DNA from: Azolla caroliniana
Lineage: Eukaryota; Plantae; Polypodiophyta
Assembly: GCA_043228905.1 (NCBI GenBank)
Contig: JBHGNT010000009.1
Span: forward strand, 5,580,001-5,644,000
Length of the DNA stretch: 64,000 nt
Direction of reading: 5' to 3'
The notes beneath the pieces are model-generated. The model was not told the origin of the DNA. It worked only from the letters and a program-made list of their open reading frames with translations, and made no database searches. This document shows positions 1-11,838 of this stretch, in pieces; position 1 is the first letter of the stretch; each line of letters starts with the position of its first letter. The translations under genes and the position numbers were made by a program.

Positions 1-50
1 TACGAATTGGTCCGGATGGGGCATCTACGTACACGACCGTAACCGAAGTA

Positions 51-3000
51 ATGAAGAAAGAAATCCGAAAGGTGCAAGATGAGTTACGGTCTGCATCAAT
101 AATAAAAGAGGACGAAGAAATTGTGGGAGTAGTTGAAGAAGTGTTCTATGGGAGCACGCTACAACGGCTTGAAGATCTTGCAAAAGAGAATAACCAGGGA
201 GACCGGGTAGTTCCGGTGGAATCAGTCGAGATGTATGAGATCATTGCGAAAATGGGGCCGGATGTGCTCCGCAGAGAAGAAGCAATGGTATGTACGAAAT
301 ATAAGACTGTGGAAAAGAAGGTGAAACCGGTCGCGAGACCGCTGCCCGCCGATAGTGAACAAAAGAGGAAAGGAGTCTCGGGAGATCCGAAACTTCGAAA
401 GTCCGTGGATATCGGACATGCCTTCACAGATGAGACCCAGAAGAAACTTCGGATCGGTGGAGGTGGTTTCCTCTCACAAAATGAAGAAGAACGGTTTCGT
501 GAGATGTTGGAGCAGCATGGAAGAGCATTTGCATTCACATCGAAAGAGATAGGGTGTGTTGACCCGAAGATAATGGAGCTGATGGTGATCTTCACGATTG
601 ATCATGTGTCATGCAACCTGAAGCCGATTCCGGTGCCACGGCTGCATATTCCGAAAATCATTGACTTGCTCAAGGAGAAGGTGGCGATGGGGATTCTAGA
701 GCCATCCAATGCTTCGTACTCAAATTGATGGTTTACGGTTCCGAAGAAGAATGGGTCACTCTGATTTATTCAAGATTTGCAACCGGTGAACAAGGTCACA
801 ATCTGAAACTCTGGAGTCGGTTCGATAGTGGACGAATTTGCGGAAGCGCTTGCAGGTCGCACGATATACTCCATCGGAGACCTATACTCCGGGTATGACC
901 AATTCCAACTAACCGTGGAGAGCCGAGACATCACTACCATGCGAACACCGATAGGATTAGTCCGGATGTGCACGCTACCACAAGGCGCGACAAACTCGGT
1001 TGCACCCTACGGCCGAAGACCATCGCCAGTCAAGATCGATGCGATTGAAGCTATGAAAGAAATATGTGAGTAACAATCTGAAGTCTGAAGATTTCTTGGG
1101 GCATGTGCATTCTATCACATATGGATTCTGCACTATGCACACATTGCGGACCCACTCTATCACTTGTTGCGGAAGGGGAAGAATTTCGAATGGAAACCGG
1201 AACATACCAAAGCCGTGAAGAAGCTCAAGAAATCACTACAGAGGGCAGAAGCAATTAAGAAGCCGAACTATGACTGACCGATTATAGTAACGGTTGATAC
1301 AAGTCCAACTGGGATCGGATGGGTCATCAATCAAGCCGATTCAGATGGTTCACGATATCTGATCTGATTCGGAGCAATGGTTCTCAACGAAAGGAAACGC
1401 GGATATGCAAAAGTTAAAAGAGAATTATGGGCAGTCGTGTCGGCGATAAAATCAGATTGAGATTACTTGATTGGAGCCGAAGTAGTGATCGAAATGGGTT
1501 GTCTTCCGATACTCGGGATGATGCGGTGTTGTAGGATACCAGATGTGGCTATGCTAAGATGGATTGCATATGTAAAGTTGCTTAATCTGGAGATACGACA
1601 CATCTCTGGAAAAGACAACGCAGTAGTAGATATGCTATCAAGGGCACGGTTTGGAGACGACATAGCCGAATCTGATAATGAAAGTGTTTCTGAAAACTAC
1701 TTTACTTCAGAGCACATATGTTGGGTGAATGTAATCCGAGAATTCCGGGAAGACGAATACGAGGGAGAAAGTTTGTTGATCGGGAAAGTGCTACAAGAAA
1801 TCGAGGAATCATTGGACAATAAAGAAAAGAGATCCGAGATCCGAGATCCGAAGTAAGAAGCGGCAAATACAACAGTTTTCTTGAACAATGGATTAATCTG
1901 GAGGGAGCCGAAAAGACCGAATGGTATACCACTACGAGTAATCGGAACAAAAGAGCAACAAAACCGGATAATGTCCGAATTTCACGAATCCGATTGGGCT
2001 GGATATTGGGGAACATGGGCAACATTTGTGAAGATCAAACAAAAATATTGGTGGAAGAATATGTACAAAGATGTAGCGGAGTTCACGGAAAGCTGTGAGA
2101 AATGTCAAATCTACTCTAGAGTTCGACACCGAGATAAATTACATCTGACATTCTCACCGACAATCAACTTCAAATGGATGGTCGACATTGTGGCCATGCC
2201 AACCAGGATCGGACAAAAAAAGTACTTGGTGTTAGGCCGGGAAGATCTAACAAACCAAGTAGAAGGACGGGAACTACGAAGGAAAACATGTTCTACAGTA
2301 TGCCAATTTCTCTTGGGAGAAGTGTTCTGCAGGTACGGGTGCATAGGACAAGTGATTGCGGATTGGGGAGAACTTGACTTTGATAAAGCTAGGGAATTCT
2401 TTGTCAGACATGGAGTATGGTTAACAGTAACCACGACATATAGTCCGGAAGCCAACGGAAAGATCGAGCGAGGACATACTCCAATCGTTAAAGCACTTGC
2501 AAAACCATGCGATAGAAGGGTGAAGGATTGGCCACAAATGAAGGATTGGATGCATAGTTCTGTGACCGGTTATATGCCAGCTGAACTTATGACGGGACAA
2601 GCACCGGTAATGCCGATGGAAACCGCAATTGCAACATGGATAGTGCTACCGTGGAAGGAAGAAATGAACCGGGAAGAACTACTAGCGGTCCGGATACGAC
2701 AACTAGAGGGAAGACCAGAAGACATAGCGGAAGCAACACGTCGACAATAGGAAGCGCGATTCCGGAACAAAAGTCGATTCGACACAAAGCATCGACTATG
2801 ACCACGGAAGATTGAAGAAGGAGATTGGGTGATTGTCTATGACAGTAGTTTGGATCATCAACATACAACGATATGGAAGTTTGCTAAAAGGTGGTTCAGG
2901 CCATAGGAGGTTCAGAAAGTTTTCGACAACGGAAGTTACGGACTATGCGAGTTGGATGGAACAGTACTACGGGTGCCTATAGCGGGGAAACGGGTGAAGA

Positions 3001-3167
3001 TTTTCAAGAAGCGGACTGACGATGAACCTTATGTAAGCTTAGACAAGACCGACAACGAGGAGCAATCGAACAAAGATCGCGGTGATGCAGAAAGCGAAGA
3101 AAGTGGACTACAATTGATAATTGACATAAGGGGAGAATCGGAGAGTGCTACGAATGAAGGCGAATAA
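51..3167 (+). pseudogene. pol: pol (RT-RNase H-integrase) remnants of Gypsy copy A
   Basis: ORF pieces 51-728, 828-1073, 1467-1856, 1881-2750 and 2952-3167 match the pol at 44995-48462 (DLYSGYDQ, LPQG, GKDNAVxDMLSR, WWKNMYKDV..CEKCQ, NGKIER). Confidence 0.93.
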
Positions 3168-3223
3168 CAAGCATCGGGAACTTCGGCACATATTGGAGGA
3201 TGTGTGGGTTCGGAGGGGGCGGG

Positions 3224-3911
3224 TGTCGTAGTGTAATTCGCACACTACGTGAAATATGTAAAAAATATATGTAAAGGAAATATTAAAAACATTGTTACAT
3301 GCATAGGGTAGGATTCAAACCTTGTACCTCCATGTAAACAAACCCAAACTTTACCATTGTACTAACTTATCATAAGTGACCTAAATATATATTTAATAGG
3401 TATAAGAGTTTATTTACGCCTATTTTACAAAAAAAAGTAAATCGGGCACTTTTAGAGTGCGTGAAAACTTTATTTGGAAGAAAAACGCAAGCCAATTACT
3501 CATGCACATCTAGCGTGCATGAGCACTATATTTAGGAAATAAAAAAGCATGGTTCAAAAAGGCAACTCATGCACATCTAGAGTGCATGAACACTTTAGGA
3601 AAAAGCATGATGCTATGATTAGCCTCTTCCATCACTATATAAGGAAGAGAGAAAAATGTATATGGTTATTGATTTTTTATAAGGGTTGATTAATATAAAA
3701 TATTCGTGGGATTCACGATTTTGCCATCTATTTCCCTCTTACAATCTAAGTATCAATTAATACACTATACTTGCGGAATTCATGAGTTTCATATCTTCAT
3801 CTTGCAATCTGTTGGTAACAAACCTTATCTCATATTCTTCTTTCTCCTAGTCCAAAACCCCAGCGGTTCCCACCCGACTCACACAATGATCCGGCGCTGA
3901 AAGGCCTGACA
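3224..3911 (+). repeat. 3' LTR of Gypsy copy A
   Basis: TGTCGTAGTG...CCTGACA, directly after the PPT; homologous to the LTRs at 33681 and 41978; right flank ACGT. Confidence 0.92.
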
Positions 3912-4485
3912 ACGTATGTGTATTTACAAGACAACAAGATACAACATCAACTTCGAGCCAGACTGAGATAGATTAGTTTACAACAGTCGTCTCTGGCCAA
4001 GCCGCCGGTTGGGGAGCTCTTGGGCTTATCGCGCCGAGCGGGGTCTTCCACAAGAGGCGGAGCAAAAGCAAAACCGCTAGTACATGCGAGCTCTCCACCG
4101 GACTGAACCCCAAGTGGGTAGGTAATAAAGCAACCCTTGTAACGACGAAGGAGAAGAACTAAAAGAAACCCTAACAAAAAATAAGAAAGTAAGAAGAAGA
4201 AAGACTATCATACCTTGGACCTAATGGTATACCCTCCTAACTCAAAATGGGCAACCCCCTACAAGGGACCCTCCCTTCCTTTTATAGCCCAAGGAGGGAG
4301 GGACGTTACAATGTGGGATAAATCCCTTATTACATGGGATATTGTGTCCCGATTCAACTCCTATTCGGCGCCTTAAGGACACCCCTATCTTTGTACATCT
4401 TTTATAAGAGTGAGTGCATGCAGTGCACTCTGCCGATATCACCAACAACCCCGGTTTTCACACTGTGGCCGGAATCCTCACGACA
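3912..4485 (-). repeat. Partial LTR of an unrelated retroelement (host of copy A; cuts off the methyltransferase 5' end)
   Basis: Minus strand begins TGTCGTGAGG at 4485, has a TATA box (GGGCTATAAAAG) near 4279-4290 and a CT-rich R/U5-like segment. Coding-like MTase sequence begins abruptly at 4486. Confidence 0.6.
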
Positions 4486-5177
4486 CCGTAAAAAGCTTTT
4501 TGCACAAGAGTGATCCTTTCCGACAATTGTATTATAGTGTATATAATGGTGATGTGGGTAATATGTTTGACATATTACCCAAGAGACATTATACATTGCT
4601 CGTGGCGGATATATCGTATGGCTTCATAATATCGGGCTCAACATACGACGATGTGCCATACAAATATCTGCAACTAGAGAAGATGGTTAAGGACTTTGCG
4701 GAGCTGACCCTAGCACCATTATGGCGTATTGTTTTATTTCACAGTATGGGTTAGGCGTTATCGGTCATGACTGCTTTGAAGTCGAGATGCCATGCCACCG
4801 AACATATGCATTGGTAAGCATTATGTTAATATATATTTAATGTATGGATTCTATGTTGCTTCCTACATATTTATTAACTTGTTTCGATTCAATTATACAA
4901 TAGGGTTAAAACGAACATAACTCGTACCCCCGGGGACTTCACTATCAAAACTTGTATGATAGCACGTGAGTTCATCAAAAGGGGTTTTAATTAATCAGTG
5001 AGATACATAATATATATACATAAGGGTATTAATAAAGATTAAATATTTTTACATAAGGGTATTATCAATTATGCTGAAAAAAAAATTACGTAAGCCCATG
5101 AAATATTAGATATTTCAATGAGATAGTAAAGAATATATTATGCAAAGAATACTCAAATTTGAAGTGGCATACATACA

Positions 5178-5209
<32 letters not shown>

Positions 5210-5581
5210 CATGCATGCATCCATATATACCTACATTCAAACATTACATCCATGAATATGTATATACATACATACATTACACCCATTTATACATGCATGC
5301 TGACTAAACATAAATATATATTACCATATGTAAATATGTACATACACATACATACATGCATTACATACTACATACATATTAAAATTGGCCATATATATTG
5401 ACATACATATATAGATAATACATACATAAAAATTACATATTACATTTATACATACACTTCCTTACAAACATATTTTATATATTACCATATGTAAATATGT
5501 ACATACACATACATACATGCATTACATACTACATACATATTAGAATTGGCCATATATATTGACATACATACATAAAAATTA

Positions 5582-5894
5582 GGGAAACTTACCAGGATAC
5601 CCCTGGAAGTTCATCTATTTACCAGAATGCCCTTGGAAGTTCCAAATTTACCAAACTACCCCTATGTCCAAAAAATTACACTTTATAAAGTAATTATACA
5701 CTCAAATCTACAAGCCCTATTTACCAAAGATGGAAGAAATGAACCCGAACTAGCCCTATTTACCAAAGATTTGAGCGTATAATTACTTTATAAAGTATAT
5801 TTTTTTGGACATAGGGGTAGTTTGGTAAATTTGGAACTTCCAGGGGCATTCTGGTAAATAGACGAACTTCCAGGGGTATCCTGGTACTTTTCCC
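5582..5894. mobile_element. Mutator-like MITE (long TIRs, 9-bp TSD)
   Basis: GGGAAA...TTCCC ends, ~125-bp inverted arms, TSD TAAAAATTA at 5573-5581 and 5895-5903. An empty site is present in the neighbouring tandem units. Confidence 0.92.
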
Positions 5895-6116
5895 TAAAAA
5901 TTACATATTACATTTATACATACACTTCCTTAAAAACATATTTTATATATTACATATGTACAAATATATATTACCATATGTAAATATGTACATACACATA
6001 CATGCATGCATTACATACTACATACATATTAGAATTGGCCATATATATTGACATACATACATAAAAATTACATATTACATTTATACACACACTTCCTTAC
6101 AAACATATTTTATATA

Positions 6117-6301
6117 GGGAAAAGTACCAAGATACCCCTGGAAGTTTGTCTATTTACCAGAATGCCCCTAGAAGTTTTAAATTTACCAAACTACCCCTAA
6201 AGTGTATTTTTTTGGACATAGGGGTAGTTTGGTAAATTTGAAACTTCCAGGGGCATTCTGGTAAATAGACAAACTTCCAGGGGTATCCTGGTACTTTTCC
6301 C
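6117..6301. mobile_element. Second, shorter copy of the same Mutator-like MITE
   Basis: GGGAAAAGTACC...GGTACTTTTCCC, TSD TTTTATATA at 6108-6116 and 6302-6310. Confidence 0.92.
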
Positions 6302-7284
6302 TTTTATATATTACATATTACACACATTTATTATTATACACACAATTATATACAAATGCAAATATACAAACCAAACACAAAAAAAAAAAAAAAATATATT
6401 ATATATATATATATTATATACACATACATACACATACACACATTCCATACATACAATACAATACAATATGTACATACATACACACACAAACATAACACAC
6501 ATCACACATGCATATATACCTACATCCATGAATATGTATATACATACATTACACTCATTTATACATACATATTAACTAAACATAAATATATGTACAAATA
6601 TATATTACCATATGTAAATATGTACATAATACATACAATAAAATTACATATTACATACATATATACATACACAAATGCATATATACATACAAAACACACA
6701 AAAATAAATTACATATTATATATATGTATACACATACACATACATATTAACACCTAAAGGCTAAGATTACATACTATATATATACAAATCTTCATACTTA
6801 CAAATAAGTTACATATATTACATATATATACACGTGCACACACATAAATAAATTAGATATTACATAGCATATATTACACAATATTCAAATTTACACATAC
6901 ATATATACATATATAGATACATACATAGATATACATATTACATATGTACATACATATTCCACATATCACCATATATATATATGTATAGATTATACTGGAC
7001 CATACAAACCACAATACTTATATATATACATACTACACACACACACACACACACACATTAGATATATGTATACTTACACACACATTAGATATGTATATGT
7101 ATTCTTACACATAAATAAATTAGATATTACATAGCACATAATCCATACCTATTACACAATATACAAATTTACACATGCATAAATTACATATATACATACA
7201 TACATACATATATTACATATGTACATACATATTCTACATATCACCATATGTATAGATCATACTAGACCATACAAACCACAATAC

Positions 7285-7318
<34 letters not shown>

Positions 7319-8886
7319 TAGATATATGTATACTTACACATACATTGGATATATACATGCATATTACGTACATATTACAAACATACATCCATATACGAGC
7401 CATATACATATGTACTAAACATGAAAATATCCCAAAAATATAGATACACAAATACATTACATATATACACGTACATACATTCATACATTTACATATATAT
7501 GACCACATACACACACATACATACATACATTAGATATATATGCACATATTACAAACATATTCATACTCATTAAATCATGTATATCGACATATACATATAT
7601 GCATACACATACATACATTACATATGTACATACATATTCCACATATCACCATATATATATGTACATATGCCTACAATGTTAAAAGTTTTACAAACATACA
7701 TCCATACACATATATACATACATTACATGCATGCATACACATAAATATGTTACATACACATACATACATACATTTCATCACAGACTACAATACATACATG
7801 TATACTTACACATACATAAATATTATGAACACACTCATGTATGCATAGTACACTATTACACATACAAACATACATGCATTGCATATTACATATATATACA
7901 TATGTACATGCATACATGTACATTCATGTGTGTACATACATATATTGCATATGCATATATTACAATCACATTCATGTACATTGAATCATGTACATTGTCA
8001 TATATATGCATACACGTATGTACATTCATACATGGACATACCTATATTCATTTATATATTGCTACAGTCTACATATACATAAATTAGATATATACATAAA
8101 TATTACAATCACACATCCATACACATTGAATCATGTACATTGTCATATAGATATATGCATACACATATGTACATTCGTATATGGACATACATATCTTCAT
8201 TTATACATTGCTACACATACATACACATATATACATTAGATATCTACATAGATATTATGCATATATTACAATCACACATCAATACACATTGAATAATGTA
8301 CATTTGCATATGCATATATGCATACACATACATACATGACATATGCATATATGCATACACATATATACATTCGTACATGGACATACATATAGTCTTTTAT
8401 ACATTGCTACATGTACATACAGATACATACATACATGCATACATACATACTTACATATATTAGATATACACACACATACGTATATATATATACACACCTA
8501 CATATAGTCTTCTATACATACACATACATTACATATGGATATATGCAAACACATATGTACATTCGTACATGGACATACATATATTCATTTATACATTGCT
8601 ACATATACATACACATATATATACATAGATATTATGCACATATTACAATCACACATCTATACACATTGAATCATGTACATTTGCATATGCATATATGCAT
8701 ACACATACATACAATCTTTTATACATTGCTACATGTACATACACATACATACATATTACAAACAAATATCCACACACACACACGCGCGCAAATATACATA
8801 CATTACATATTACATATGTACATTCATTCATTCATGTTTATTCATTGAAGCATACATATTTTATGCATACATTACATATACATACA

Positions 8887-8954
<68 letters not shown>

Positions 8955-9971
8955 TTCATTCATGCATGCATGCATGCATACATTATGTGCACATACATAC
9001 ATAACATACATTCATACTAAACATACATTCAAACATTCATGTTTTTTTATTTAGATATTTGCCGCCTCCTCCTTTGCTCCCTCCTCTTCTCTGCTCATTT
9101 CTGCGATTGCTTCTTCTCCCCTTCTTTTTGTCCTCGTTTTGCCACTGCCTCTGTTCTCATTTTGCCGCCGCCGCCGCCACCGCTCGCCTTGTCATGCCGC
9201 TTTTGCTCACCATTATTCTCTGTTGGGGCTGCCACAACTATTCTACAAATATTTTACAGGTACACATAAGTACAAACATAAACCAACACATAAATTCTTA
9301 GCCACACACACACACGTACATACATACATACATACATACATAAACACACACACACACACGGGCCATACATACAATAAACGAAATTAATACATTACAGTAC
9401 AATATGTACATATATACACACATACCTATGTACACATACTTACACATTTACACATATAACACATACATACAATACAATATGTACACACATACATACATAC
9501 ACATGGAATACAAACAATACATACATAAACACACACACATGTGTAGAATATACATACACACATGTACACACATATATATTGTATGGAACATACATACACA
9601 TATACCTATATACACATATATACACTTACATACATACACATTTACACATATAACACATACATACAATACAATATGTGCACACACACATACATAAACACAC
9701 ACACACACACGTGTAGAATATACATACACATATGGACACATATATATGTTGTATGGAACATACATACACACACACAAACATAACACACAACACACACATG
9801 AAATACATACAATAAATGCAATACAATATGTACATAATACACACATACCTATACACACATGCATACAATCCATACAATACCTATATACACATATAATGCA
9901 CACATACATACATAAACCAACACATAAATTCTTAGCCACACACACACACGTACATACATACATACATACAT

Positions 9972-10007
<36 letters not shown>

Positions 10008-10348
10008 GCCATACATACAATAAACAAAATTAATACATTACAATACAATATGTACATATATACACACATACCTATATACACATACATACACATTTACACA
10101 TATAACACATACATACAATACAATATGTACACACATACATACATACACATGGAATACAAACAATACATACATAAACACACACACACACACACACATGTGT
10201 AGAATATACATACACACATGTACACACATATATGTTGTATGGAACATACATACACACATACCTATATACACATATATACACTTACATACATACACATTTA
10301 CACATATAACACATACATACAATACAATATGTGCACACATACATACAT

Positions 10349-10397
<49 letters not shown>

Positions 10398-11118
10398 TAG
10401 AATATACATACACATATGGACACATATATATGTTGTATGGAACATACATACACACACACACAAACATAACACACAACACACACATGAAATACATACAATA
10501 CAAAACATAACACACAACACACACATGAAATACACATGAAACACATATATGTTGTATGGAACATACATACACACATACCTATATACACTTACATACATAC
10601 ACATTTACACATATAACACATACATACAATACAATATGTGCACACATACATACATAAACACACGCACACACACACGTGTAGAATATACATACACATATGG
10701 ACACATATATATGTTGTATGGAACATATATACACACACACAAACATAACACACAACACACACATGAAATACATACAATACAAAACATAACACACAACACA
10801 CACATGAAATACATACAATACAAAACATAACACACAACACACACATGAAATACACATGAAATACATATATGTTATATGGAACATACATACACACATGTGC
10901 ACACATATATGTTGTATGGAACATACATACACACATGCCTATATACACATATATACACTTACATACATACACATTTACACATATAACACATACATACAAT
11001 ACAATATGTGCACACATACATACATAAACACACACACACACACGTGTAGAATATAGATACACATATGGACACATATATATGTTGTATGGAACATACATAC
11101 ACACACACACACAAACAT

Positions 11119-11838
11119 ATTGTTGAGGATGAGACTGTGATTAAGCGGAATGTTAAGTGGGATAGCTCAAATGAATTACTTTTGGGTTTTTGTGGGTTGA
11201 AGTCATCCAATCATCAATGTGTCTCATCATGTATGATAAAGGTGGGTGACTCTAATGTTGATTATGAAACCACTGTTAGCTCCTTTAAAGACTATGTGGT
11301 TGGACACTATGCTAGGGTGTTAATTGCGAATCCTCTTCACCCTAAACTTCCACGATTAGTATTGGTTGTACAATGTACATGTAATTGCTTTGATGCAGAT
11401 TTTGTAAAATGCCAATGGAATGAAGTGGAAACTTTATGGGAAAAACACCTCTCCACAAGTATTGGGCCAATTGTTGGACATGCATTTGATGGAGATAGTA
11501 GGAGAAGAAAGATTATGCTTCAAGTTTACTTAACCCCAAGCATATGCTTAAGATATAAATTGCCTTGGGATGGTTGGATCTTCACAGGTCAAATGCATAA
11601 TGATATGGTAAGTTGTCTTCATGATCAAGATTTCATCCATAATGGAAAGAAACTTGTGAATGCACTAGATAATCCCTCAAGACAATTAGTAATTGGGGAT
11701 GTATGGATCACATTGAATCATGTGTCTTTGGTATATAATAACTTCTCTATTGATGCACATGGCTTAAGGGAATGTGATATTACGAGAGAAGATAGACAAT
11801 ATTGGGCTGGAGCTCAAAGAATTGCAAGTAGAAATGTA
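11119..11838 (+). pseudogene. DDE transposase catalytic-core fragment, P-element/THAP9-like (inside ORF 11065-11970)
   Basis: Stop-free ~240 aa: EDET..LLGFC (first D), GHAFDGDSRRRK (second D), DQDFIHNGKKLVN (DxxH-xx-K-xx-N, like the P-element DxPHLxKxxRN), HGL..D...DRQ.W..AQR. N-terminal part replaced by microsatellite; C-terminal E region not recognisable. Confidence 0.7.

Larger units (their letters stand above)
1..3911 (+). mobile_element. Ty3/Gypsy LTR retrotransposon, family copy A (degenerate; 5' part outside window)
   Basis: Colinear with the young copy at 41978-49322 from the pol start to the 3' LTR. Many stops; an internal deletion at ~1003 removes the RT catalytic (LDD) segment. 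PPT GGAGGGGGCGGG at 3212-3223. Confidence 0.95.
5165..11118. repeat. ~6-kb TA/CA-rich microsatellite-like tract (TACA/TA/CA) with higher-order tandem units
   Basis: Nearly G-free plus strand. ~150-160-bp units at 5318-6116; a ~635-bp duplication starting CATAAACCAACACATAAATTCTTAGCC at ~9277 and ~9911; further sub-repeats to 11118. Confidence 0.9.

Noticed and set aside
5086-11110. Dozens of His/Thr/Tyr/Ile- or Val/Cys/Met-rich ORFs
   Set aside because: They are translations of TA/CA microsatellite in all frames, not genes.
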